Positions 1-9,664 of a DNA stretch of 64,000 nucleotides are shown in pieces. The first letter of the stretch is position 1. Every line of letters begins with the position of its first letter. The notes below the pieces were generated by a model. That model did no database searches. It was not told the origin of the DNA and was given only the letters and a program-made list of their open reading frames with translations. The translations under genes and the position numbers were made by a program. Source of the DNA: an uncultured Bacilli bacterium. GTDB taxonomy: Bacteria; Bacillota_I; Bacilli_A; RF39; UBA660. The stretch covers positions 16,780-80,779 of the forward strand of contig CAKOYD010000004.1 of NCBI GenBank assembly GCA_934130545.1. The letters run 5' to 3'.

Positions 1-571
1 AATACTAAAAAATGGTATTAATAAAGACATAACCTCTATTGATGATTTAATTGGTAAATTAAATGATTTAGCGGATACTACTATTACCTATTATTATAGC
101 TTATTAGATGATATTGAAAAAGAAATAGAGTTTAATAGAAGTTATCCATATAGACGTCTTCCCAAAAACTTTAAAACTTTAATTGAAACTGATGAATTTA
201 AACTAATGACTCATGGGCTTAATCTAACAATTGAAGATATCAAAAAATATTTAGGATACGATGATGACTTTTGGAGTTATATTCAAGATAAAACTAAAAT
301 TATTAAAGATCCTTATTTAGATTATGATTTAAAAATGCACTACTACGGTGTTTGGTATGAATTTAATGAAAACAAAGAATTAACAAAACTAATTATATGT
401 ATACCTGAAATAGTAGATTTAAAAACTGCTCAAATTGCTATCCATGAGTTTAGACATGCCCATGACATTTATACCGGTAAAATACAAGAAGACTCTATAC
501 TAGAAGACATTGCTAAACAAGAAGAAGATAAGTTCAAAACAAATTATTTAAAGAAAAAAATTAAGATATAA
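1..571 (+). CDS. HEXXH-motif metallopeptidase-like protein (ImmA/IrrE- or SprT-like), 5' end truncated by window edge
   Basis: Frame is open from nt 2 with no upstream stop; annotated Met at 206 is internal. Contains IHEFRHAHD (HExxH zinc-binding motif). Family assignment uncertain. Confidence 0.45.
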   Translation, partial: ILKNGINKDITSIDDLIGKLNDLADTTITYYYSLLDDIEKEIEFNRSYPYRRLPKNFKTLIETDEFKLMTHGLNLTIEDIKKYLGYDDDFWSYIQDKTKIIKDPYLDYDLKMHYYGVWYEFNENKELTKLIICIPEIVDLKTAQIAIHEFRHAHDIYTGKIQEDSILEDIAKQEEDKFKTNYLKKKIKI

Positions 572-595
572 TTTGCTATCTTAATTTTTTATATT

Positions 596-632
596 TTAAA
601 CAAAAAAGAAAACTTCAGTCCATAATGAAGTC
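596..632 (-). terminator. Rho-independent terminator downstream of CDS 650..1144
   Basis: Minus-strand hairpin ACUUCA-loop-UGAAGU (plus 612-617/626-631) followed by UUUCUUUUUU. Confidence 0.4.
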
Positions 633-649
633 TTCCTAAAATAAAAATA

Positions 650-1144
650 TTAACTATCTCTGCATATAGGCTCCTGTACTTGTTCTAAACCTACCTTATC
701 AGTTTTCTTAACCCCAAGTAATACCTTTAAACTAGTATCACTTTTAATAGAATTCAAAAAACTAATTCTATCTCTAACATCTTCCATATCATTAACTATT
801 CCATTACCATATAAAGTATAAGTAAATTCATAAAACTTATTTACTTCTAAATTCTTTTTTATTTCTGGACTAATTTTATGGGTAAAACAATTATGATCTT
901 GATAAGCATCTAATACAATATAAGACTCTTCTGGTACTTCTGCTATATAATTCTCTAATAAATTTACTACTCTATATGTTTTAGTAAATGAACAATCATA
1001 ATATAATTCTTTATTACTATTAGTATTATCTATATTATTCTCTTTATCCAGTAAAGTTGTAGTACTTCTCATATAAATAATATATCCTCCTAATAATAAT
1101 ACAAATACAGAAAGAAAACAAACTATATACTTATAATATTTCAT
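650..1144 (-). CDS. hypothetical membrane-anchored protein
   Basis: 164-aa ORF with N-terminal hydrophobic helix (IVCFLSVFVLLLGGYIIY); no recognisable domain. Confidence 0.4.
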   Translation of the reverse strand: MKYYKYIVCFLSVFVLLLGGYIIYMRSTTTLLDKENNIDNTNSNKELYYDCSFTKTYRVVNLLENYIAEVPEESYIVLDAYQDHNCFTHKISPEIKKNLEVNKFYEFTYTLYGNGIVNDMEDVRDRISFLNSIKSDTSLKVLLGVKKTDKVGLEQVQEPICRDS

Positions 1145-1269
1145 ATAATCACCGCCATTCTATTATAAATATCTTCCTATCTAAATATTATCATAAACTA
1201 ATTTTATTCGCAATAAATAACATAAATAATTATCAAAAATAGTTACAGTTTAGTCAAATAATCGAGTAG

Positions 1270-1660
1270 AGAAAATTAAATAATATCCATTATATTTAAC
1301 TTGCCCCTCTCACACCACCATACGTACCGTTCGATATACGGAGGTTCAATTTATATTGCAGTATATACTTTTAAATAATGGGCTAATACACTAGGCCTTT
1401 TTGTTTTAATTTCCTTTTAAACTTCTGAATAGATTTAAGATGTAGCTTAGACTTTATTATACCTGTCTTAGTAGTATAGAAACCAAAACCTAAATATTTT
1501 ATTTGGTTAGGTCTGGTTATTTTACTTTTGGTTACATTGGCTTTTAAACCTAATTTCTTTTCTATAAATCTTGTTGTAGTTTCCATAACACGATTTGCCG
1601 CTTACTCCAATTTTACTACAATTATACAATCATCTGCATATCTTGTAAATATTTGAATAT
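1270..1660 (-). mobile_element. group II intron remnant (domain V-like hairpin plus truncated intron-encoded protein)
   Basis: GC-rich patch in AT-rich DNA. Minus strand 1344..1315 reads CCUCCGUAUAUCGAACGGUACGUAUGGUGG, resembling group II domain V (GAGCCGUAU...ACGUACGG, 2-nt AC bulge). The adjacent 67-aa ORF matches RT domain 7/X of intron maturases. Confidence 0.5.
1383..1586 (-). pseudogene. group II intron reverse transcriptase/maturase fragment (RT7-X region only)
   Basis: TRFIEKKLGLKANVTKSKI...KYLGFGF matches the RT-7 'FLGF' block of LtrA-like IEPs. In-frame stop 5 codons upstream of Met; RT0-6 absent. Confidence 0.55.
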
Positions 1661-1793
1661 TTTATATCGCTTATAGCTTATTTATTTAATTAAACATAAA
1701 ATTATGATATCAAAAAGTATGAAAGCCCTTCATTTATTAATAATTCAAACTATAATCTTTGCATATTTTAAATAGAATATTGAAAATATCTTT

Positions 1794-2666
1794 CTAATTA
1801 ATATTTAATATATTTAATAATTTAGTTAAATATTCTTTGTCATTAAATTCATTAATTGCAAAACATTTTTTGCCCATGTCTTTAAAAGAAGCACCACACG
1901 AATATAATTTAGTTCTATCTAATATTATAAATCGATCGTGAAAAGAATCATTGTTTATAAATATTATGTTAGTGTATTGGCTTTCATATTTGTTTTTTAA
2001 TATTCCATCTATATTTTTAGATACTACTATAATCTCTTTATCAACTGTTCTTAATAAATCTAGCAATTCCTTCCCAGCATAATTATCTATTATAATTATT
2101 TGACTTTTTGATTTACCAAAAATATCTAAAAGTAACGAATAAGCGTCATACAATTCTCCCTCAAAAAAAATTTTATTTATTTCTTTTTTTTCATTAAATC
2201 TATTAAATGTATCTTCTAATTTCAAAATTCTATTCTCATGATTAATTAGCATTTCGCTGGTTAAAGTAGATTTCGCAAAATATTTTCTCATTTTAACAAA
2301 TGCATCTATTATTTGAATATTAACTCTAACAGCAATATCACTTTTTAAAAGCCCCGATAACATCATTATTCCTTGTTCAGTTAAAACATATGGCAAATAT
2401 TTTATATTGTATCCCCTTAAATTGTTGCTTTTGTTCAAGGTCGCAATTTGCGACCTTGAAGATATCATTTTAAATTCTTTCTCTGTCAATTGAAAACAAA
2501 ACGATTCAGGAAATCTGTTCATATTTCTTTTTACAACTTCATTTAATCTTTTCGTTTCTACTTGATAAAGCAGCGCAACATCTTTCGAAAACATCACTTG
2601 TGTTCCCCTAACTTCATAAATCATATCTTCAATCACAAAACATTCCTTCTCAATTACTTCTTTCAT
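1794..2666 (-). CDS. ORF6N-domain protein (KilA-N/antirepressor-like N-terminus)
   Basis: EVRGTQVMFSKDVALLYQVETKRLNEVVKRNMNRFPESFCFQLT...LRGYNIKYLPYVLTEQGIMMLS is the ORF6N signature. Start placed at MKEVIEKE (AGGAGG RBS 8 nt upstream) rather than the ORF-track Met at 2696. Confidence 0.6.
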   Translation of the reverse strand: MKEVIEKECFVIEDMIYEVRGTQVMFSKDVALLYQVETKRLNEVVKRNMNRFPESFCFQLTEKEFKMISSRSQIATLNKSNNLRGYNIKYLPYVLTEQGIMMLSGLLKSDIAVRVNIQIIDAFVKMRKYFAKSTLTSEMLINHENRILKLEDTFNRFNEKKEINKIFFEGELYDAYSLLLDIFGKSKSQIIIIDNYAGKELLDLLRTVDKEIIVVSKNIDGILKNKYESQYTNIIFINNDSFHDRFIILDRTKLYSCGASFKDMGKKCFAINEFNDKEYLTKLLNILNIN

Positions 2667-3005
2667 TACATATCCTCCTTTAATTAAAAGAGACACTTAT
2701 CAAACAAATAAGTATCTCCGCATCACATACATTTCCATCTTGCCTATAGAAATATATTTTATCGTTTAAATTGTCATACAAATATTAGGCAAATTAATTA
2801 GTATGTATTGATTATATACCCAAGCAACATAAAATACAACCATTTACATTTAAAATCATCAAAAAAAGAACCTAGATAAAAATCTAAGTCCTTATAATAT
2901 ACTTTATTTACTAGCCTTAATAGCAGCTTGTGACCCGTAAACCAAAGGAAACCTGTTTGGAGCAACTTATCACTCCACGGAGACTAAAATGACTTATTAT
3001 TACAA

Positions 3006-4970
3006 CTATATCTCTTTTTTTGCTATTTCATATTTGATGCATAATTCATCGTTAATTTTTATAATTATAAGCACAAATAGTTTTAAGAATCTAATATAGT
3101 TACTATGATGTACATTTTCATCACCAAAAGGTTGAGTTCCATGACCATACATATTTCTTAAATCCAATGAATTAACAAACTCAGATTTATTCAAACAGTA
3201 GTTTAAATAGTCTTGTTCTGGTTTTGAAAACAATGTACTTTCAAATCTTAAAACACCATTTTGTACTAAAACATCTATTTCTTTTCTTTGCCTTTCATTT
3301 AATTTCCAATAGCTAATTACATCATTCATATATAAATCATATAATATAGCTATTTGAATTCTATTTTTGATTTTTATATAACCATCTTCATCCACATAAA
3401 CATAATTATCATCTATTAGTTTTTGCAGTGATGGTTGTTCATATTTAACTATTTCTTCTTTTTTAATTTTACCTTTTATAAGTAGTTCATAGAAATTCTT
3501 ATAACTTTTCTTTTCCTTTTCAACATATGATAACATGCATTGATCTGAGAATAAATAATATGTTATTAAATCATATTCTCTTCCATTAGAATAAACATAT
3601 TTATTATTTAATAAACTTTTTACATTTTTAAAAAATAAATGTGTTGATGATATTTGTAATAATTCTGGATCTATTTTACCATCATCTACTAAATAATTAA
3701 ATTGTTTTAAGCAACTGTCGATTTCTGGCAATATTGTTCTACACTTTTCAAGATAATTTGAGTTTTTCGATGGAAGACTAATATTATAATTTTCAATATT
3801 AAATTCCCTAACTAAATAATCTCTAAAAAACCACTCGAGAATATTCTCAATTCGAACATTTAATTTTTCTAATTGAACACAGTAGCCATACATTTGCAAA
3901 TCCGCTAATTGATCTATTCTTTTAAATGCCGCCCCTATGGGATAATCTCTTTTAGAACGCATGAAAATGGTTCTTTCAAATATTCCCATCAAATTAGTTT
4001 TACTCACCAAATTCCATCTCATTTGGTTGTCGACATACTCAAATAAATATATAAAATTATTTAATAAAGTACTATTATCGTCTATATTTTGTTTTATCCA
4101 ATTTATATTATATGCAAATTCCCAGTTTTGTCCTTTAATATTAAACTCTACAGTTTCCTTTTGATTTTCTTTAAAAAGAACCAAAGTAGACATTTCTATA
4201 CCGGGATTATTTTTAAATAATTTCTTTTCTTGTTCTTCAACCTTCTTTTTAGCTAATAATTTCGTTTTATCATCTATATTTAACTCATTTGTTGCTTGCA
4301 AATTTACTATTAGCCTTAAATAATTTAAATTTGCAAATTCACTATTGATATAATTTTTAAGAATCTCATTTTTGTCTTCATCTGTTAAACTCTTAGGAAA
4401 AATTCTATGTGAATAATTTCCCAAATGATCTGTTTCATATTCATCAAGCAATAATACTGCACTATCAGTATATTTTAATAATTTTTCGCGTAAAATTTTA
4501 TCATATGTATGTACAATATTTTTATTATGCAAGGTGAAGTGCAAATAGGCATCATTTTTTTTGAGAATTTGAGAAAAAATATTGTCACTTATTCTTTCAT
4601 AAACTTTATACTTATCAATTACTTCAAAAAAATCTTCCATATAATTATGTTCAACATCTTTCAAATATTCTTCAATATTGTCATTATTTATCTTTGAACA
4701 AAACTTACCAATTATTTTATTAATTTTTTTTGACGATTCATTACAAATGTCTTTGATATCACCTTGTACGTTTTTTAAATACTCTGGATTAAATAATTTT
4801 AAAATATTATAAAATTCCAATATATCATTAATTGTATAGTACTTATCTGTAATATTTTTTGCAATATCTACAGCCTTATTAAAGTTATATGCTGTTGTCA
4901 TATCACCATTAGAATAAAATTTAACTCTTTCCACGATATCACCACTTTTCAAATACCTATTATACCACAA
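3006..4970 (-). CDS. large hypothetical protein (654 aa), orphan cargo next to serine recombinase
   Basis: Long uninterrupted ORF with coding-like composition. No motif I can assign (no P-loop, no clear nuclease or HTH signature). Confidence 0.5.
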   Translation of the reverse strand: MWYNRYLKSGDIVERVKFYSNGDMTTAYNFNKAVDIAKNITDKYYTINDILEFYNILKLFNPEYLKNVQGDIKDICNESSKKINKIIGKFCSKINNDNIEEYLKDVEHNYMEDFFEVIDKYKVYERISDNIFSQILKKNDAYLHFTLHNKNIVHTYDKILREKLLKYTDSAVLLLDEYETDHLGNYSHRIFPKSLTDEDKNEILKNYINSEFANLNYLRLIVNLQATNELNIDDKTKLLAKKKVEEQEKKLFKNNPGIEMSTLVLFKENQKETVEFNIKGQNWEFAYNINWIKQNIDDNSTLLNNFIYLFEYVDNQMRWNLVSKTNLMGIFERTIFMRSKRDYPIGAAFKRIDQLADLQMYGYCVQLEKLNVRIENILEWFFRDYLVREFNIENYNISLPSKNSNYLEKCRTILPEIDSCLKQFNYLVDDGKIDPELLQISSTHLFFKNVKSLLNNKYVYSNGREYDLITYYLFSDQCMLSYVEKEKKSYKNFYELLIKGKIKKEEIVKYEQPSLQKLIDDNYVYVDEDGYIKIKNRIQIAILYDLYMNDVISYWKLNERQRKEIDVLVQNGVLRFESTLFSKPEQDYLNYCLNKSEFVNSLDLRNMYGHGTQPFGDENVHHSNYIRFLKLFVLIIIKINDELCIKYEIAKKEI

Positions 4971-5024
4971 AGGTATTAATTTTAATTATGTAGCAACTAA
5001 ATTATCATATTTATTCGTGTTCTA

Positions 5025-6617
5025 TTAAAAACCATTTTTTTTACTTGTTCCATTTATTTCTAGTTTTATCGTTTCATTCATAAAGTTTAATTTCCATTCA
5101 AAATAATCTTTATGAATAATTATCCTTTCTACAAATTCTTCTATAATTTTATCATCAACACCATTATAGTTAATATCAAGTAATCTTCTAATACTCTTTT
5201 TTGCATTCTCAATTCTAACTTCTAATGGCTCAATTGATTCACATTTCTTTTCTAATTCTATAATTTCTATTTTATACTTCTCTATTCTACTAGATAACTT
5301 CTTTTGAAACATATCATATAAATTTATATCTATTGTTTTATCTAAATATGTATCTATAAGTCTATCAAATTTTTCATTTTCTTTTTCTATAAATTGTTTT
5401 AATTTATCAATTCTTTGTCTTATCTTTATCTCTGGATGAGCATCTATATCTACTCCTTTCATTAATCTTTCAAATAATTGCTTTCTATTATCAGGATTTT
5501 GAGTAAGATTCCTAAATATATATTCAGCCATGTATTGTAATTTCCATTCTTGGACTTCTTTCATGTTGCAACCATCTTTAAATCTACTCTTAAGTCTATT
5601 CTTCTTGTTATAACAAACATAGCAATATGTAGTATCATTTTTATTATTGTGATAAATCTTTCTATTAAAATTTGATCCACATTCACAAACTAATTTTTTA
5701 CTCCATATATTTCTTGGTACACCTGTTGCCTGTCTTTTTCCTACCTTAATAGGTTTAGAGTGACTATCCATTATTTGTTGAACTTTTTTAAAATCTTCTT
5801 TTGCTACAAGTGGTTCATGTCTGCCTTCAACAACTACTTGTTCAACTTCACCATAATTCATTTTGGGTTTTTGTTCTAAGTAATCAGGTATATAAGATTT
5901 TCTATAAACTATTGTACCTGAATAAAATGGATTCCTTAACACTCTGGAAACATATGAAAGACTCCAATTAGTTAATCCCATAGATGTATGAGCTTCCATT
6001 TTGGTTAGTTCATCAGCTACTTTAACTGTTCCTTTACCACTTAAATATTCAGAAAAAATAAATTTAACTATTTCAGCTTGTGCTTCATTAACTACCAAAT
6101 CCTTTCCTACTTTGTTATAACCAAGTATATTTCCTGTTCCATAGAACACTCCATTTTGAAATGATATCATTTGTCCTGCTTTAACTCTTTGAGATGTTTT
6201 CTTACTTTCGTTTTGGGCTAATGTAGCCATAAGAGTAAGTTTTAGTTCTCCATCTTCATCATTAAATGTCCAAATATTATCTTCAATAAAATATACTTCT
6301 ACTCCAATATTTTTTAGTTTTCTAGTTTCTTGCAATGTATCAACTGTATTTCTTGCAAATCTTGATACCTCACGAGTAACTATTAGATCAAATCTTCCTG
6401 TTTTTGCATCCTCCATCATTCTCATAAAGTTTTTTCTTTTCTTTGTAGATGTTCCTGTTATACCTTCATCTATATATCTATCATATAAAATCCAGTTAGG
6501 GTTCTTCTTTAGAATATCATCATAGTATTGAACTTGATTATCTAAAGCAGATAATTGAGTTTCATGTTCTGTTGAAACTCTAGCATATATTGCTACCTTT
6601 CTTTTCATTTCTCTCAC
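5025..6617 (-). CDS. large serine recombinase (resolvase/invertase N-domain + recombinase domain + zinc ribbon)
   Basis: N-terminal VAIYARVSTEHETQ...DLIVTREVSRFARN (catalytic Ser domain). C-terminal Cys cluster CECGSNF...CYVCYNKK. Size 530 aa. Confidence 0.9.
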   Translation of the reverse strand: MREMKRKVAIYARVSTEHETQLSALDNQVQYYDDILKKNPNWILYDRYIDEGITGTSTKKRKNFMRMMEDAKTGRFDLIVTREVSRFARNTVDTLQETRKLKNIGVEVYFIEDNIWTFNDEDGELKLTLMATLAQNESKKTSQRVKAGQMISFQNGVFYGTGNILGYNKVGKDLVVNEAQAEIVKFIFSEYLSGKGTVKVADELTKMEAHTSMGLTNWSLSYVSRVLRNPFYSGTIVYRKSYIPDYLEQKPKMNYGEVEQVVVEGRHEPLVAKEDFKKVQQIMDSHSKPIKVGKRQATGVPRNIWSKKLVCECGSNFNRKIYHNNKNDTTYCYVCYNKKNRLKSRFKDGCNMKEVQEWKLQYMAEYIFRNLTQNPDNRKQLFERLMKGVDIDAHPEIKIRQRIDKLKQFIEKENEKFDRLIDTYLDKTIDINLYDMFQKKLSSRIEKYKIEIIELEKKCESIEPLEVRIENAKKSIRRLLDINYNGVDDKIIEEFVERIIIHKDYFEWKLNFMNETIKLEINGTSKKNGF

Positions 6618-6716
6618 CTCTACAAAGAAACTACCATTTTTATTAAAAGAAGTTTAGGGTGCGATTTTGCACATAAGAAAAAGAAGTCTTTCAACTTCTT
6701 CATCGCACATTTGACA

Positions 6717-7157
6717 TTAATCAAAATCTTCTAAATCAATATTCCATAGACCTAACTTGCCATTAATTTCTTTATCAACATTAATCTTTTTAATATTTTT
6801 CAATTTCCATGCATATCCAGTCCTATATTTTGAACCATATGCAATATTATTCTCGTTAATTATCTTTTTGTTTAAATCATCATCTAATTCTAAACAATCT
6901 TCAATTTCAACTTCTGCTAATATTCTTCTTGAAGGAAATTCTAAATTTATATTTTTAAATTTTTTCATTTCTTCTTTGTCGATTCCAACTCCGGCATGAA
7001 TTAATACTTTTCCACGATAATTTATTTTCCAAGATCTAAACTCATATTTTTTTATACCCTCTGCAACTAATGTAGCCCATGGTTGTTTTAATGTTAATAC
7101 CTTCACTTTTATCACCAATAATATTTTATCATAAAACTTATAATTCTTATCATTCAA
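6717..7157 (-). CDS. ASCH-domain protein
   Basis: LTLKQPWATLVAEGIKKYEFRSW matches the ASCH 'QPWA...G.K..E.R' core. Confidence 0.6.
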   Translation of the reverse strand: MNDKNYKFYDKILLVIKVKVLTLKQPWATLVAEGIKKYEFRSWKINYRGKVLIHAGVGIDKEEMKKFKNINLEFPSRRILAEVEIEDCLELDDDLNKKIINENNIAYGSKYRTGYAWKLKNIKKINVDKEINGKLGLWNIDLEDFD

Positions 7158-7208
7158 ACAATAATATTCAATAAAAATATGATATAATAATTAATTAGGA
7201 GGGATAAG

Positions 7209-7985
7209 ATGCAAAGTGAGCAAGAAATAATTGAAGAATTACTTACAAAATTTACACAAATAGCTGCACAAGGCTGGATTGAAAGTCATAGACAACATAA
7301 TACTGGTATAGGTAAAACTTTTGAAGATTTATTAGAAAAAGTTGAAGATAATTTGGGCGAACCTGATTACAAAGGTATTGAGTTAAAAACTCATAGAAAA
7401 AATAGCAACTCTTTTACAACACTGTTTACTGCTTGTCCAGATGGACCTAATCCTAGTGAAAATACTAGATTAAGAGAAACATATGGTGAAACATATGCTG
7501 ATTCAGGTTTAAAAACTCTTCACACCTCAATTTTTGCAACTAGGAAAACAACATACTTTAACAAATTTAAATTTCAAATGGAAGTAAATTATGAGGATAA
7601 AAAGATTTACCTACTTGTCTTTGATATGAACGAAGAATTAATTGAGAAAATTACATTCTGGACATTTGATTCTTTAAATAAAAAATTAGAAAAGAAATTA
7701 AAAATATTAGCTTTAGTGGATAGTAAAAGCAAAAAGGAAAATGGAAAAGAACTATTTAAATATGACAAAATAACAATTTGCAAATTCAAAAATTTTGATA
7801 AATTTTTGAAAGCCGTAGTTGATGGAAAAATAATGTTAGATATTCGTATCGGTGTTTATAAAAGTGGTCAATATTTTGGTAAAACACATGATCATGGAAC
7901 TGGATTTAGAATTAAAGAATCCAACTTAGAATGCTTATATGATATATTTGAGCTTAGAAGTTTTGAAGAAGAAAAGGAAGATTGA
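7209..7985 (+). CDS. Type IIP restriction endonuclease, MvaI/BcnI family
   Basis: GIGKTFEDLLE...GIELKTHRKNSNSFTTLFTACP and C-terminal GKIMLDIRIG...THDHGTGFRIKESNLECLY align by pattern with BcnI (GQILERQFG...GEFELKGMRN...LTLFHKKP; VLVMDLCID...PHDRGPHLRIPISKLDKLY). Convergent with the MTase gene. Confidence 0.7.
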   Translation: MQSEQEIIEELLTKFTQIAAQGWIESHRQHNTGIGKTFEDLLEKVEDNLGEPDYKGIELKTHRKNSNSFTTLFTACPDGPNPSENTRLRETYGETYADSGLKTLHTSIFATRKTTYFNKFKFQMEVNYEDKKIYLLVFDMNEELIEKITFWTFDSLNKKLEKKLKILALVDSKSKKENGKELFKYDKITICKFKNFDKFLKAVVDGKIMLDIRIGVYKSGQYFGKTHDHGTGFRIKESNLECLYDIFELRSFEEEKED

Positions 7986-7987
7986 GT

Positions 7988-9223
7988 TTAATCTTCTTTT
8001 TTCATTATTACAATATATTCATGTGCCATAGTAGATACCGTTTTCCCAGTTTGATTTGTGGGTGATGTTTTCTTAGGTTGCCTTTTATTTGGAATATTTC
8101 TTACAATTGTTTCAATATGTTTAAACCCATTTTGTTCAAAAACGTATCTTGTAAATTCATCTGTTGGTAATTCTATATCACTTACACGACGATTTCCAAC
8201 AACATAAGCACAAATTCCATTTTTCTTAATTATTTTACTTACATTTTTCATTGATTTTTTATAATCTCTATAGAATGACCATATTTCCTTTGCTCGTTTT
8301 GGCCTTTCAGCTTCTATTGTCTTAATTATTTCATCGAGTTGGTCAAAACCAGTTTTTTCAATATCAGTAGTTTTTCCACCCATTAACTTTTTGTCCAACT
8401 TTCTAGCATCTTCAATTCCTAGCCACTCATTTGATAAAGTAGAAAACTGTCCATATGCAACAGTAGTACCACTATCTCCATATGGTGGAGAAGTTATTAC
8501 AATATCAACTGAATTTTCTTGAATTAAATCATTTGGTATTTCTTCTGAAGAATTAAAGTTATATACTTCGTGATTATATATTTTATTTTCTTTTTCATAC
8601 TCAATATATCCATCTATGTTTCTTTTTACTTTTTCTTTGAATAACTCTATGGTATTAGGATTCCATGTTTCAATTTTCTCTTTTGGGATTCTATATAATT
8701 TGAATTCCCCATTTCTTGTTAAAGATACTTCCCTTAATGTTTCACTAAATGGAACCAAGAAGAAATCTTTTTCATCATCATCTTTTATATTATCAATAAA
8801 GTATTTAATAATTAATAAATCATTTATTTGTTTATCTTTAAACCAAAAATCAATATTATTAATATTTGGCTTTTCTAAATCAATACTTTTATTTGAAGTA
8901 ATATACTTTTCAAAATTTTTAAATAATGACTTTATATTGTTTATATCAACCTTTGTAACTTTAGATTTAGATATTAGTCTTGCCAATGGATTTAAATCTG
9001 TACCGATACATTTTAATCCTACAAGTGACCCCTCAACAAGCGATGTACCAGTTCCACAATATGGATCAAATAGCACACTCATTTCTTTTGTTTTGTATCT
9101 ATTTAATATTTCTCTTGCAACTTGTGGAATCATCATAGCTGGATAAATGTGAAAAGAATGTGTATATTCTTTTGTGTCAGCTCCAATGAAATCCCAAAAA
9201 TTATCTTCATATTTTTTACCCAT
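7988..9223 (-). CDS. DNA methyltransferase (amino-MTase; SPPY motif suggests N4-cytosine, M.MvaI/M.BcnI-like)
   Basis: Motif I LFDPYCGTGTS; motif IV DIVITSPPY; N-terminal HSFHIYPAMMIP typical of this MTase group. Ends 2 nt from the REase stop. Confidence 0.85.
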   Translation of the reverse strand: MGKKYEDNFWDFIGADTKEYTHSFHIYPAMMIPQVAREILNRYKTKEMSVLFDPYCGTGTSLVEGSLVGLKCIGTDLNPLARLISKSKVTKVDINNIKSLFKNFEKYITSNKSIDLEKPNINNIDFWFKDKQINDLLIIKYFIDNIKDDDEKDFFLVPFSETLREVSLTRNGEFKLYRIPKEKIETWNPNTIELFKEKVKRNIDGYIEYEKENKIYNHEVYNFNSSEEIPNDLIQENSVDIVITSPPYGDSGTTVAYGQFSTLSNEWLGIEDARKLDKKLMGGKTTDIEKTGFDQLDEIIKTIEAERPKRAKEIWSFYRDYKKSMKNVSKIIKKNGICAYVVGNRRVSDIELPTDEFTRYVFEQNGFKHIETIVRNIPNKRQPKKTSPTNQTGKTVSTMAHEYIVIMKKED

Positions 9224-9325
9224 TCATTTCACCTCATTCTATTTAATTATACCATATAATTTGATATTTTATCCTATTAAAATAATTTTCTAAGGAATTA
9301 TGAACTAATCATATTCCCTAGGCTT

Positions 9326-9598
9326 TTATATATAAATATCTACCATAATATTTTCTTTTAGTTTTTTTGCTCGTTCTAATCCACATGATTGTAATCTCTT
9401 CCTATATTTTTTTATATCATCATTGGTAATCTCAATAGTAGTTAAATACATATCCTTTGACTCAATATTTTGATTATAGACATTATTACAATTGTTTTCT
9501 ATATCATAAATATCTTTTAAATAATTTAATTTCCATTCTACAGTAATTTTTACAACATCAGTTAGTTGCAAAACACTAATTTTAATGATAAAATACAT
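9326..9598 (-). CDS. hypothetical small protein upstream of methyltransferase gene
   Basis: 90-aa ORF co-directional with the MTase; no recognisable HTH. Could be a controller-like or spurious ORF. Confidence 0.3.
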   Translation of the reverse strand: MYFIIKISVLQLTDVVKITVEWKLNYLKDIYDIENNCNNVYNQNIESKDMYLTTIEITNDDIKKYRKRLQSCGLERAKKLKENIMVDIYI

Positions 9599-9664
9599 TA
9601 TATAATCCGATTAATTAACAATACTTATAATCAATTTATAGATTTTAAGAAAGAAGTGACACTT

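Noticed and set aside
2921-2995. GC-richer intergenic patch (GTGACCCGTAAACCAAAGGAAACCTGTTTGGAGCAACTTATCACTCCACGGAG) considered as tRNA, riboswitch or intron fragment
   Set aside because: I could not fold a cloverleaf or recognise a riboswitch consensus. It may be the 654-aa gene's terminator region or island debris, with insufficient evidence to call.
4971-5024. Tried to identify the serine-recombinase attachment site by comparing this spacer with the 11611-11804 island edge
   Set aside because: Only a trivial shared T-rich motif (TTTTTTACTT) was found. It cannot be called without a comparison genome.
8616-9146. 176-aa plus-strand ORF antisense to the methyltransferase gene
   Set aside because: It is nested antisense in a well-supported CDS, with AT-rich shadow-ORF composition.
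9566-9664. ORF-track start of the dUTPase-like gene at 9566
   Set aside because: It overlaps the upstream minus-strand ORF and its N-terminal residues are non-homologous. The internal Met at 9665 fits the family N-terminus better.
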